Made by a program: the position numbers and the translations under genes. The notes beneath the pieces were generated by a model that saw only the letters and a list, made by a program, of their open reading frames with translations, searched no databases and was not told where the DNA came from. A stretch of DNA of 64,000 nt from Chiloscyllium plagiosum (Eukaryota). The DNA lies in contig NC_057760.1 in the NCBI RefSeq assembly GCF_004010195.1, positions 1,734,215 through 1,798,214 of the forward strand, written 5' to 3'. Within the stretch, counting starts at the first letter, position 1. Each line of letters opens with the position of its first letter. Below, in pieces: positions 24,560 to 37,357 of this stretch.

Positions 24560-24756
24560 GAGATAGAGATAATGTAAAATATCACAGTGAAGATGGTGAC
24601 CCTTACGCTGGCAAAGTCATTGACCAAGTTGGGCATTCTTCCAGACTGCTTTAGGTCACAACCTTGGACCAGACTAGCACAGTCTGATGTCTTGCCTTTT
24701 CCGGCTGGTCGTGGGGCACAAGAAAGTCCCGTTCTGCAACACTATGTCCACCAGGA
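24560..24756 (-). mobile_element. Possible Harbinger-type Myb/SANT-domain transposon fragment
   Basis: Degenerate ILVDIVLQ..TFL.P..SRK...VNDFA resembles Myb_DNA-bind_5-type sequences; frameshifted. Confidence 0.3.
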
Positions 24757-26070
24757 TACTGTGCCCTTTAGCCCAGTGCAACCTTTCCACATCTATCCTG
24801 TTGAGTCCTCTAAGAATCTTGGACGTTTCAATAAGGTCTCCTGTCATTCTTCGAGATTCAAGCCTCAAACTACTTGACCTCTCCTCATAAGACAGTCTCT
24901 CCGTACCCGGGATCAGCCAAGTGAACATCCTCTGGACTGCCTCCGATACCGATCTATCTTAGACTGTTCCCACTATTCCAGCTCTGGTCTGCCTGGTGTC
25001 TTGCCTAGGATCAGCAAAGGCTCCCTACATTGATACTGCATTCTCTTTGAAATAAAGGCCAACATTCCATTTGCCTTCCCTAATACCTCCTGAACTGGCA
25101 CACTAACTTTTTTATGATCCCTGCATGAGGATTCCCAAATCCCTCCATTCTGGAGTTTTCTGACTGGGATATCATAGGGGCAGGAATGGTTGTTGGATGT
25201 TCCAGGGTTTAGAATAGGGAGGGCGGTAAAAGAGGTTGAGGAGTGGCATTGCTAATCAGGGATAGTATAACAGCTGCAGAAAGGGCGGTCATCGAGAAGG
25301 GTTTGTCTACTTTGGGTGGAAGTCAGAAACAGGAAAGGAGCAGTCACTTTATTAGGAGTATTCTATAAAGCCCCCCAGTAGCAACCAAGACACTGAAGAG
25401 CAGATTGGGAGGCAGATTTTGGAAAAGTGTAGAAGTAGAATATTATCTATTTAAATAATATTCAGCTCCTCTAAACTTCCCACCGAAGTGCATACTCTCA
25501 CGTTTTCCATTATACTCCATCTGCCAAGTTTTTGCACATTCACTTATTCTGTCTGTATCTTTCTGTAGACTCTTTGTGTCTTTCTCACCACTTGCCTTCC
25601 CACTTATTTCTTCTGCATTAACATTAGTGACAGGGAGAGGCTGAATACGCTGGGGCTGTTTTCCCTGGAGCCGTTGGAAGCTGTGGGGTGACCTTGTAGA
25701 GTTTTATAAAATCATGAGGGGGCACGGATAGGACAAACAGACAAAGTCTTTTCCCTGGGATGGGGAAGTCCAGAACTAGAGGGGTACAGGTTTAGGGTGA
25801 GAGGGGAAAGATATAAAAGGGACCTGAGGGGCAACTTTTTCATGCAGAGGATGGTGCGTGTATGGAATGAGCTGCCAGGGGAAGTGGTGGAGGCTGGTAC
25901 AATGACAAAATTTAAAAGGCATCTGGATGGGGATGTGAATAGGAAGGGTTTAGAGGGATTTGGGCCAAGTGCTGGCAAATGGGACTAGGTTAGGTTAGGA
26001 TATCTAGTCAGCATGGACGAGTTGGACCGAAGGGCCTGTTTCCGTGCTGTACATCTCTATGACTCTATGA
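24757..26070. mobile_element. Cluster of CR1 fragments (24757-25620 minus with a 25162-25435 plus insert; 25630-26070 plus 3' end)
   Basis: LSYEER..RRMTGDLIET; RDLRGNFF.QR.VRVWNELP. Confidence 0.8.
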
Positions 26071-26179
26071 CCACCCCTCTACAAAAGAAAAGCATTTCAT
26101 TAGCTGTGAAATGCATCGGAACCTTGTGGAAGCTGGAATACAGGTTAAGATTGATTCACTCGGATGATCCCTGGTATGA

Positions 26180-27200
26180 AGGTATTGATTGATTGGTTGA
26201 TTGATTTATTGTCACTTGTAGCAAAGTACAGTGAAAAGTTTTGTTTATGAGCAGTATAGGCAGATCATAGTAAGCAAGGATGTACAGAAAAACAGATTTA
26301 GACTGAGACATACAGATAACCTTGCACAGGGTGGACAAGAGAGATCTACGTTTGCAAAATGAGCATTACTTTAGGCTAGATAGTCCATTCAATAGTCTTA
26401 TAACAGCCAAGAAGAAGCTGTCCCTGAACCTTCTGGTGCGTGTTTTCAAGCTTCTTTATTTTCTGCCTTAAAGAAGAGGTTGTACGAGATCATTACCAGG
26501 ATGCGATGACTCTTGAATGATGTTGACGGCCCTTCCGCGGTAGCGAGCTGTGTAAATGGAGCCCGTGGATGGAATGTTAGCTCCCATGATGGCCTGAGCT
26601 GTGCGCACCACTCTCGGTAGTTTCTTACGATCCTGGGCACAGCAGTTGCCATACCTGGCCGTTATGCACCTGGACAGTGTGCTTTCAATGGTGCACCTGT
26701 AGAAGTTGGTGAGGGTCCTTACGGACACACCAAACCTCCTGAGGAAGAAAAGGCGTTGTTGTGCCTTCTTGACTGTCGCATCTACGTGGGAAGTCCGGAA
26801 CAGGCTGTCGGTTATGCTCACTCCGAGGGAATTGAAGCCGTCCACCCTCTCAAACTCAGCTCCGTTGATATAGATAGGGTGTGTTCTCCTCCTTTCTGGG
26901 GAAACTCAACGATCAGTTCTTTAGTTCTGCTGATATCGAGAGAGAGAGGTTGTTCTCATTGCACCATGTCACCCTCTCTCTCCCTTCTCGTCGTTGTTAA
27001 ATATTCATCCTACTACAATGGTGGCATCAGCGAACTTGTAGATGGCGTTCATTCGGAATTTGGTAACACAGATGTGGGTGTGTAGGGAGGGGGCTGAGGA
27101 TGTATCCTTGGGTGGAGAGGGAGGCTGTAGTGTTGAGTGCTATCGTGGAGGAAGTGTAGTTACCTATCTACACTGGTTGCGGTCTGTGGGTCAGAAAGCT
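26180..27200 (-). mobile_element. Rex1/Babar-type LINE 3' fragment with (ATCA)n tail
   Basis: KKAQQRLFFLRR...LTNFYRCTIES.L..CITA.YGNC motif. Confidence 0.8.
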
Positions 27201-27284
27201 TATGATTAACGGCTAAAGACGTTGGGACTCGTTCAGAAGAAGGAGGTGATCTCACTGAAACATATTGGATACTTAAGGAACTGG

Positions 27285-27494
27285 AGGAGAAAGTGAGGAC
27301 TGCAGACGCTGGAGATCAGAGCTGAAAATGTGTTGCTGGAAAAGCGCAGCAGGTCAGGCAGCATCCAAGGAGCAGGAGAATCGACGTTTCGGGCATGAGC
27401 CCTTCTTCAGGAAAGGCTCATGCCCGAAACGTCAATTCTCCTGCTCCTTGGATGCTGCCTGACCTGCTGCGCTTTTCCAGCAACACATTTTCAG
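27285..27494. mobile_element. Palindromic Penelope-derived element inside a CR1 3' fragment
   Basis: 15-bp TSD TACTTAAGGAACTGG at 27270-27284 and 27495-27509; intact hammerhead core CTGAAGA-AGGGCTCATGCCC-GAAA-CGTC on the minus strand at 27383-27410. Confidence 0.85.
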
Positions 27495-27886
27495 TACTTA
27501 AGGAACTGGGCAAGTCAAATGCTGGGAGGAGAGTCTAGGACCAGAGGGCATAGTCTCAGAATTAAGGGGCACAAACTTCAGACCGAGATGAGGAGGAATT
27601 TCTTGCCTCAGAGGGTTGAGATTCTTTGGAGTTCCTTGCAACAGAGAGCTGTGGGGGCAGAGTCCTTGTGCATGTTTAAAGCTGATTTAAGGCCAAGTTG
27701 GGCAATTAAGGGTTACAGGGAAAGTAGACTAAGGAATGTCGGATCAGCCATGATCACATTGAATGATAGATCGAGCTCAAGGGGCAGGATGGCCTGCTCC
27801 TGTTCCTGGTCAAACTGATCTTATTGCCCTCGTAGAGCTAATGCTTTGTTCACTCTCAACAGGCGCAGTCCTGGGGCATTGGACCA

Positions 27887-28625
27887 ATGTCTTCCGACGT
27901 GGCGATGTCAGATGAGCCGTCAGCTGCCGTCCAAGGCCAGCGGGAAAACGGGAAGGGCCCGAGGAGGAAGAAACATCAGAACGGTGGGGAGGCTACAGAG
28001 AGGCGGCGGGACGTGTCAGAAATCCAGGCCCAAATCGAGAGCCTGACCAGGGCCGGGAGCCAGGCCCTGGCTCAGGAGCGTTGCGGGGAGGCCCTGACCG
28101 CCTTCAAGAAGGCCTTCCTGGCTTCGCTGGACATAACAGAGCAGCAGGTGCAGAGGGCCTGTGCTTTCAACCTGGGTGCGGCCTACGTGGCCTCTGGTCG
28201 CCTCGCCAAGGGCGTGGACTTCCTGCACCGCTCGCAGCCGGACAAGGGCGGGGAGAGGCAGGGCGACCTGCACTTCAATCTGGGCCTGGCCCACGAGGGG
28301 CTGGGAGACTCGCCGGTGGCCATTGAGCACTACCAGCAGGCCCTGGCCCACTACCAGAGCCGGCAGGCCCAGGGCGAGGCGGACACCCACATGAAGCTGG
28401 CTGGTTGCCGGGCCCGGGCTGGGGAGCTGGGCCAAGCCGGCCGCTGCTTCCGCAGGGCGGGCCTGGCCTACCAGCAGGCCGGGAGCCCGGATCTGGCCGC
28501 CGTGGCCCTCAACGAGGCCGCCTGCCACATGCTGCAGTGCCGGCATTTCACCGCCGGGGAGATCACGGAGGTGCTGAACGAGTGCCGGACCATCTGCGCC
28601 AACATCCAGAACAAGGCCCTCCTCG
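27887..28625 (+). CDS. TTC24: TTC24 first coding exon (exon starts 27863), TPR repeats
   Basis: IESLTRAG..AL...RACAFNLGAAYV..GDLHFNLGLAHEGLG resembles vertebrate TTC24; caacag acceptor at 27862, G|GTGAGT donor; head-to-head with IQGAP3 as in human 1q22. Confidence 0.9.
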
Positions 28626-28663
28626 GTGAGTGTGCTTTCCATGGCATCGCTGTTATAAAGTCC

Positions 28664-28743
28664 AACACACACACACTCACAGACACACACACACACATAT
28701 ACACTCACAGACACACACACATATACACACACACACATATACA
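28664..28743. repeat. (CA)n microsatellite running into the assembly gap
   Basis: Direct inspection. Confidence 0.95.
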
Positions 28744-29366
28744 NNNNNNNNNNNNNNNNNNNNNNNNNNNNNNNNNNNNNNNNNNNNNNNNNNNNNNNNN
28801 NNNNNNNNNNNNNNNNNNNNNNNNNNNNNNNNNNNNNNNNNNNNNNNNNNNNNNNNNNNNNNNNNNNNNNNNNNNNNNNNNNNNNNNNNNNNNNNNNNNN
28901 NNNNNNNNNNNNNNNNNNNNNNNNNNNNNNNNNNNNNNNNNNNNNNNNNNNNNNNNNNNNNNNNNNNNNNNNNNNNNNNNNNNNNNNNNNNNNNNNNNNN
29001 NNNNNNNNNNNNNNNNNNNNNNNNNNNNNNNNNNNNNNNNNNNNNNNNNNNNNNNNNNNNNNNNNNNNNNNNNNNNNNNNNNNNNNNNNNNNNNNNNNNN
29101 NNNNNNNNNNNNNNNNNNNNNNNNNNNNNNNNNNNNNNNNNNNNNNNNNNNNNNNNNNNNNNNNNNNNNNNNNNNNNNNNNNNNNNNNNNNNNNNNNNNN
29201 NNNNNNNNNNNNNNNNNNNNNNNNNNNNNNNNNNNNNNNNNNNNNNNNNNNNNNNNNNNNNNNNNNNNNNNNNNNNNNNNNNNNNNNNNNNNNNNNNNNN
29301 NNNNNNNNNNNNNNNNNNNNNNNNNNNNNNNNNNNNNNNNNNNNNNNNNNNNNNNNNNNNNNNNNN
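28744..29366. other. Assembly gap (N run)
   Basis: N characters; flanked by a CA repeat and a 53-bp SINE-unit array. Confidence 0.99.
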
Positions 29367-29845
29367 GTTAGGTTGGATTGGCCATGCTAAATTGTCCCGT
29401 AGTGTCCAGGGATGTGCAGTTTAGGGTGGATTGGCGATGCTAAATTGTCCTGTAGTGTCCAGGGATGTGCAGGTTAGGGTGGATTGGCCGTGCTAAATTG
29501 TCCCATAGTGCCCAGGGATGTGCAGGTTAGGGTGGATTGGCCATGCTAAATTGTCCTGTAGTGTCCAGGGATGTGCAGGTTAGGGTGGATTGGCCGTGCT
29601 AAATTGTCCCATAGTGCCCAGGGATGTGCAGGTTAGGGTGGATTGGCCGTGCTAAATTGTCCTGTAGTGCCCAGGGATGTGCAGGTTAGGGTGGATTGGC
29701 CGTGCTAAATTGTCCTGTAGTGCCCAGGGATGTGCAGGTTAGGGTGGATTGGCCGTGCTAAATTGTCCTGTAGTGCCCAGGGATGTGCAGGTTAGGGTGG
29801 ATTGGCCATGCTAAATTGTCCCGTAGTGCCCACGGATGTGCAGGT
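29367..29845 (+). repeat. 53-bp V-SINE internal unit tandem array (~9 copies)
   Basis: (GGTTAGGGTGGATTGGCCRTGCTAAATTGTCCYRTAGTGYCCAGGGATGTGCA)n. Confidence 0.92.
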
Positions 29846-29894
29846 AAAATGGCCAACTAGGAAAATCTGTCTCTGGCCCCTTCAATCCATCAAG

Positions 29895-32800
29895 GCATAG
29901 ATTGATACAGGGCAGAAAAGGCCCTTCAGCCTATTGAGTCTGCACCGACATAACTCCCATTAAAAATGCACTAATCCCAACTTCCTGCACTTGACCCATT
30001 TCCTTGAATGTTATGATATTTGAAATGCACATCCAAATACTTTCTAATGGTTGAAAGGTTTCCAGCCTCCACTACCTTCCCAGGCAGAGCATTCCAGATT
30101 CCCACCACCCACTGAATGAAAATGCTTTTTTCCAAAATCCCCTCTGAATCTCCTGCCCCCTTACCCTAAAACTAGTACCCCTCGCGATTGACCCCTCAAC
30201 CAAGGGGGACAGCTGTTCTCTATTCACCCTGTCCATACCCCTCATAATTATATGCACCTCAATCATGTCTCCCTTCAGTCTCTGCTCTGAAGAAAACAGT
30301 CCAAGCCTATGCAGTCTGTCCTTACAGCTTGATTTCTCCATCCCAGGCAACATCTCGGTGAACCTTGCCTGTACCCCCTCCAGTGCTATCACATCCTTCC
30401 TGATGTGAGGTGACCAGAATGCAGACAGTACTCCAGCTGTATCCTGACCCACGTTCTGTACAACCCCGACATTACCTCCTTGCACTTACACTCTACGCCA
30501 TGACTGGTGAAAGCAAGTGTCCCATATGTCTTCTTATTGCTCTGCTCTGCTGACTTCAGGCATCTGTGAATAATTACCCCAAGATCCCTCTGTTACTCTA
30601 AGCTACCCACTGTCCTGCTATTCTCCCACATTGTTCTTCCAAAGTGCATCACCTTGCACTTATCAGGGTTAAATAGCATCTGCCACTCGTCTGTCGATCT
30701 GACCAACCCATTTGTATTTTCCTGTAATCTACAACCATCTTCTTCACTATTAACCACCCTACCAATCTTGGTTTTTCATTGAATCCCTGCAGTGTGGAAA
30801 CAGGCCGTTTAGCCCAATTAGACCACACCGACCCTCCGAAAAGTAACCCACCCAGACCCATTCCCTTACCCTATTACTCTACATTTACCCCCTGACTAAT
30901 GCATCTACCCTCCATATCCCTGGACACTATGGGACAATTTAGCATGGCCAATCCACCCTAACCTGCACATCCCTGGACACTATGGGACAATTTAGCATGG
31001 CCAATCCACCCTAACCTTCACATCTTTGGACTGTGGGAGGGACCCGGAGGAAACCCACGCAGACACAGGGAGAATGTGCAAACTCCACACAGACAGTCAC
31101 CCGAGATGGGCAGACTAGTGGCAGATGCTATTTAACCCTCATAAGTGCGAGGTGGTGAATAGGATAGTTAAGAAGACATATGAGACTCTTGCTTTCACCA
31201 GTCATGGGGTAGAGTGTAAGTGCAAGAAGGTAATGTTGGAGTTGTACAGAGCGTGGGTCAGGCTACAGCTGTGAGGCAGCAGTGCTAGCCACTGAGCCAC
31301 CATGCTGCCAGGGTGTCATTTGTAAATTGGCTTAACAAATTGCCCCACATTTCCAACCATATCATTTGTATATGTCAAAAAATAAGGCTCCCAGTACTGA
31401 TCCTTGTGGACAATGGTCTCCAGTCACTCAAACAGTCTTCTGCCTTTACCATTCGATGGATCGAATGGCCTACTCTTCTGCATCTGAATGATTCTGATGC
31501 CAGGAGAGTACATTGACCATTTGCGTGTTGGCTGTTGAGCGACAGGCCGTCTGCTCAATGCCAACTCCGATCCCACAGGATCGCAGTCCAGCTCCCTTGT
31601 GAATGCATTCAGAGATCCACACCCCACCCAGCAACACATTCCCAGGGGCTCGCTCCACTCTGGGTTGACAGTCCAACAGCTGACTTCTACATTGTTGAAA
31701 CACGCGTTCACTGATTTATCAAACCCAATGTGAGAAGGGAACAGAAGGAGGCCATTCAGCTCATTGGAGTAATGCTAGTCTGCTGAAAAGAGGACTTCAG
31801 TTCGTGTCATTCTCCCCACTTCACCCCACTCTTTCCCTCACACAGCCCCTGCAAATCGTTCCAAAGAACAGTACAGCACAGGGACAGGCCCTGTGGCCCT
31901 CCAAACCGAAACATTTTTCCGTTCCCTACTAAAACTGTCTTCATTAACAGGATCCGTATCCCTCTATTCCCTTCCTGTCCAAGTGCATCTGGAATGCTGC
32001 TATTGTGTCTGCTTCCACCACCTCCTCTGGCAGCGTGTTCCAGGCACTCGCCACCCTTTGTGGGAAAATGTCGCCCCGCACAGCTCTTTTAAACATTGCT
32101 CCCCTCCCCACCCTCTGTACCTTAAACCTCTGTAATTGACCCCTCCACCCTGGCGTGAAAAAAAACCTCGTACTTTCCACTCTAGCCAATCACGATCTTA
32201 TCAATTTCTATCTGTCGCCCCTCAACCTTCTGCGTTCCAGTGAAAACGAACCCAGTCTATCCAACCTTTCTTCATAGGTAAAATCCCCCATACTGGGCAA
32301 CATCCTGGTAAACCATTTCTGCGCCGTCCCCAAAGCATCCCCATCCTTCCTAGGGTGGTGACCAGAATTGTATGCGGTAATCCAAGTTCCCCCTTCAAGT
32401 ATTTCTCCAATCACCAACCCCCCCCCACCCTGCCAAACCCCCAAACTTTTAAAAGTTCCTGTAGAATCCTTTTCAGGCAGCACTTCCCAGATCGCAACAC
32501 ATCGCTGCGTAAGAAACAAATTCCCCTCATCCCTTCCTCCAGTTGTCTACAATCCATGTTCCCCCTCTGGTGATCAATCGCCCTGCCATTGGGGACGGTT
32601 TCCTCCCTCATTCCCTCACTCGAAACTCAGCTCCCCCGCCACCCCTCATGTTGAAGGCCTCGATTGAATCTCCCCTTTAACCTCCTCCACTCCGAGCAGA
32701 TCGATCCCGGCTTCTCCCATCTCTACACGTGAACTGGAGTAGGGGAAGGGAATCCAAGACTATAGGCTTAAGTTGAGAGGGGAAAGATTTAAAAGGGACC

Positions 32801-33600
32801 TGAGGGGTGACTTTTTCACTCAGAGGGTGGTGCGTGTTTGGAACGAGCTGCCACAGGAAGTGGTGGAGGCTGGTACAAAGACAGCATTTAAAAGGCATCT
32901 GGATGGGTATATGATTGGGAAGTGCTTAGAGGGATATGGGCCAAGTGCTGGCAAATGGGACTAGATTCATTTAGCATTTCAGGTCGGCGTGGACAAGCTG
33001 GACCCAAAGGGTCGGTTTCCATGCTGCCTCATCCAGCGCCGGTCCCTCCACATCATATCTGAGGCCACAGCCTCCTTCCAAAAGTCTATGAGACGTGTCG
33101 TGGAGCAGGGAGAAAGTGAGGTCTGCAGATGCTGGAGATCAGAGTCAAGAGGAAAAGCACAGCAGGTCAGGCAGCATCCGAGGACTAGGCCCGAAACTGC
33201 ATGACCTCTTGTGTAGCAGGACAAGGGTTGTGGTTCAAATCCCCTCAAGCCAGCTAGTGGTATTTAACGTCAATAAAATCCAGAACGAAAAAGAAATTTG
33301 GTCTAATGAGGACTGTGCAACCATTGACATAGAGTCACACAGCATGGAAATAGACCCGACAGTCCAACTAGCCCAGGCTGACAAGTTTTCCTCAACTAAA
33401 CTCGTCCTACTTGCCCCCATTTGGCCCATATCCCTCTGAACATTTCCTATCCTTGTACCTGCCCAAATATCTTTTAAATGTCATAATTGTACCCACATCT
33501 ACCACCTCCTCTGGCAGTTCATTCCATCTGGGAACCATTCCATCCCATGTGAAAAAGTTGCCCCTCAGGTCCCTTTTAAATCCTTCTCCTCTCTTGACAG
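29895..33600. mobile_element. Mosaic of CR1 3' fragments (29895-30775 -, 31860-32375 -, 32745-33025 +, 33330-33595 -) and a V-SINE (30781-31308 -)
   Basis: FWSPHIRKDVIALEGVQARFT; QRVASAWNTLPEEVV; SINE head and core. Confidence 0.8.
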
Positions 33601-34080
33601 TCACGAAAACCCATTGGGTTCACTAATAGGGAAGGAAATCTGCCCTGCGAACCTCATCGATTGTGAATAAAAGCTCCCCCCCCCCCCCCCCCCACCCCCC
33701 CCCCCCCCCCCCGTGACTGGGAAAGGAGATCTGCCGTCCTTTCCTTGGAGCAGGAAAGTGGAGTCGAGGCTGAGGTGAGATCAGCCATACCCATATTCAA
33801 TAACGGGGCGGTCTTGAGGGGCTCACTCTACCCCCTCATCCCAAAGTTATGATCTCCTCTCCGAGTTCGGGCCGAGACGTGACTCCAGACCCCACACAGC
33901 GACAGCGGATTGGGGAGGGGGGTTGGAGGCCAACTCTTGACCGTCCTCTGAAATGTTCCCGACACTCAGTTCAACTGGGGAGTTGGTATGGGGAGGGGAG
34001 GGGAGGGGAGCAACAATTGCCAGCGGTACCAGTTGGCTCTCCACCGCCCAGCCTCTGTTTCCATTCCCCCCCCCCCACAG

Positions 34081-34296
34081 GGAAGCTGTACAACGACGTC
34101 GGGCTCAGCTACTCACAGCTGAAGATGTTCCTGCAGGCAGCCGAGTGCTTCCAGATGGCCCTCCCCTACTGCCAGCACGGAGGCCTGGATCGGCGGAAAG
34201 AGGCCGTGGTCCTTCAGAACCTCGGCGCCGTCTACAACACCTTGGGCGACTACAGCAAGGCACTGGGCTTTCACCAGAGCGCCGCGGCTTTGCACG
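34081..34296 (+). CDS. TTC24: TTC24 exon ([17 protein letters not shown]...[11 protein letters not shown])
   Basis: TPR motifs; polypyrimidine-cag acceptor, gtaagg donor; 216 bp, phase 1-1. Confidence 0.92.
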
Positions 34297-35738
34297 GTAA
34301 GGAGAGGGGGTGCGGGGCTTTGGAAGAGGCTGCCGCTTTTGAGGTTGATGGGTGTATGGTGTTGGCGGTCAATAGCGCGGAGGGTGGTGAGTTCAAAACC
34401 TGGGGCAACGTTGTCTGGGAACAGAACTGAGGCCCAGGTCAATGATGATCGGATTGGATGTCGGAACTGACCTGGCCCCCTGTAAATAAGAACTGGAACA
34501 GGAGTAGGCCATTCAGCCCTTCGAGTGCTCCGCCATTCAACACAATCATGGCCGATCTTATCTCAGCCTCAATTCCACTCTGCCTTCTTTTCATGATGAT
34601 GTGGGCATCACTGGCTAGGCCAGCATTTATTGCCCATCCCTAATTGCCCAGAGGGCAGTTAAGAGTCAACCACGTGGCTGTGGGTCTGGAGTCACGTGAA
34701 GGCCAGACCCAGGTAAGGATGGTAGTTTCCTTCCCAATTGAACCAAACAATTGGCAATGGATTTGTGGTCACTACTTGACTCTTAATCCTGGATTTTTAT
34801 TGAATTTGAATTGTGTCATCTGCCATAATAGGATTCGAACCTGGGTGTCTGGATTAAAGGTGTCGAGAGTGTGGTGCTGGAAAAGCGCAGCAGGTCAGGC
34901 AGCATCAACTTGGAGAAGGTGAGGACTGCAGATGCTGGAGGTCAGAGTCGAGAGTGTGGTGCTGGAAAAGCACCTCGCTTTCTCCTCATTGATGCTGCCT
35001 GACCGGCTGCGCTTTTCCAGCACCACACTCTCGACTCTGATCTCCAGCATCCACAGTCCTCACTTTCTCCTCTCTGGGTTAACAGTCCGGTGGTAACACC
35101 ACTACGCCATCACCTCCCCATAATGTCTCCTCCTTAAATTCATTCAGTGTTCCTTCATCCACTGCACTCTGGAATTCCACAAATTTACAACCCTTTTAAG
35201 AGAAGTAATTCTTTCTCATCTCAGTTTTAGAACAAAGGGCAACAGATTTAAAACAAAGATCTTTCACTTCAAATTGCTTACATGAGGAAACGTCATCTCT
35301 GTGTCTATTTGTCAATCCCTTTTAGCATCTTATAAGACCATAAGAAACAGGTACTGGGCTGCTCGTCCATTACAGCCTGCTCTGCCAGCCATTAGGATCA
35401 CGACTGATGTGACACTCCTCATGTCCACTTTTCTGTGTTTCCCCCATAACCCTTGAAGCCTCTTCTAATGCAAACTAACATCATCGTAGACCCAGAGGGC
35501 TGCCCTTTCATTCGAGAGAGTTCACTGGTAGTGAGTTTAACCTGAGGTTCACCACACCTCAGGCAAGGGGTGAGGTTGGGAAGGCGAGAACTGCATGGAG
35601 ATCTCAACTGGTGCAGGAATTGGAACACCAGCTTCACTCTGCTCTGCAAAGCAGCCGTCCAACCAACTGAACTAACTGGCCCTCCCTTATACACCTCAAT
35701 TAGATCAATGGAGAAGTGATGGCTGTTAATGCAGAGAC

Positions 35739-35942
35739 GAAAAATGTGGCGCTGGAAAAGCACAGCAGGTCGGGCAGCATCCAAGGAGCAGGACAGTCAA
35801 CATTCCAGGCATAACCCCTTCATCAGGCTCGAGACATCAACTCTCCTGCTTCTCAGATGCTGCCTGACCCTGCTGTGCTTTTCCAGCACCACGCTGTTCG
35901 ACTCTGATCTCCAGCATCTGCAGTCCCTCACTTTCTCCTGCC
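35739..35942. mobile_element. Palindromic Penelope-derived element inside a SINE
   Basis: 11-bp TSD AATGCAGAGAC at 35728-35738 and 35943-35953; inverted arms. Confidence 0.8.
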
Positions 35943-36118
35943 AATGCAGAGACCCGGGTAACATTCTGGGGACCCAGGTTCAAATCCTGCCACAGCAGAT
36001 GAAATTTGAATTCAATAAAAATTCTGGAATTGAGAGTCCAATGTTGGCCACGAATCCATTGTCGGAAAAACTCACCTTGTTCGCGAACGTCCTTGAAGGA
36101 AGGATGCTGCCATTCCTT

Positions 36119-36339
36119 CGAGAGCGCGGTGCTGGAAAAGCGCAGCAGGTCAGGCAGCATCCGAGGAGCAGGAAAATCGACGGTTCGGGCAAAAGTCCTT
36201 CATCAGGAATTCCTGATGAAGGGCTTTTGCCCAAACCGTCGATTCTCCTGCTCCTCGGATGCTGCCTGACCTGCTGCGCTTTTCCAGCACCGCGCTCTCG
36301 ACTCTAATCTCCAGCATCTGCAGTCCTCAGTTTCGCCTC
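36119..36339. mobile_element. Palindromic Penelope-derived element
   Basis: 12-bp TSD CTGCCATTCCTT at 36107-36118 and 36340-36351; perfect centre CTTCATCAGGAATTCCTGATGAAG. Confidence 0.85.
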
Positions 36340-37041
36340 CTGCCATTCCTTGCCTGGTCTGGCCTACATGTGACTCCAGGCCCACGGCAATGTGTTTGAT
36401 GCTTAACTGCCCTCTGAGCAATTAGGGGCGGGCAATAAATGCTGGTCTAGCCAGTGACGACCATATCCCATGACCCATGAATGAATTTATTTAAAAATCC
36501 CCTTTCATTCTTCTAAATTGTAGCTAAACTGCTCAATCTCTCTTCATGATATAGCGATGGATTTCATCCAGTGAATCTTTTCTGAACTCCCTTCAATGCA
36601 ATTACGTCCTTCCTCAAGTAAGGTGGCCCAACCTGTGCGCAGTACTCCGGCTACAGAAACACCAATGCCTTGTACAAACAGTTCCCTACTTTTCTACTCC
36701 AAACCTTTGGCAATAATCTTCAAATATAAATTTGGTCCTCTTGTTACCTGCTGTTCCTGTGAGTCTAAAGCAACTTTAGTCACAGAATTGTCAAAGGTCA
36801 GAATCCTGAGAGGAGATGTGTGAGGGTAATGAATAATACGGAAAGCTGGGATCCTTGTTCTCGCTATACATGAGTAAAATGCTATTGGGTTCACTCCACG
36901 CAGAGTGACCAGTATCTGGATGGAGTCAGTCACCAGCAAAGATACAAGAGGCAGGTTTCATTGGCGCGAGACATGGTCCTCCAGAGATAGGAGACCATCT
37001 TGATGTGTCCAGTGTTAACAGAATCCCACATCTCTCCGTAG

Positions 37042-37170
37042 GTTCACTCGGAAGCCGGAACGCTCAGGGCCAGGGCTTCTGCAACCTGGCCTATGCCTAC
37101 AGTCAGCTGGGAGACCACGAAGACACAGCAGAGAACTACCTACACGCACTGCAGGCATTCAAAGATACAG
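37042..37170 (+). CDS. TTC24: TTC24 exon ([43 protein letters not shown])
   Basis: SQLGDH...NYLHALQA motif of TTC24; ccgtag/gtgaga; 129 bp. Confidence 0.92.
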
Positions 37171-37357
37171 GTGAGAAGGCAAAGATCAAGGAAAGCAGAG
37201 CGTGGAGATTACGGGAGCGGTATACACTCTGTGAGTGTACAGAATGGGGTATACATGAGCAGTAGTTTAGATCAGAGTGGTGCTGGAAAAGAACAGCAGG
37301 TCAGGCAGCATCCGAGGAGCAGGAAAATCGACGTTTTGGGCAAAAGCCTTTCATCAG

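Noticed and set aside
28016..28738. 240-aa antisense ORF to TTC24
   Set aside because: Expected shadow ORF of a GC3-rich exon; starts in the CA repeat
27887..29424. 494-aa and 264-aa ORFs running through Xs
   Set aside because: Extension past the 28625 donor is CA microsatellite plus N gap
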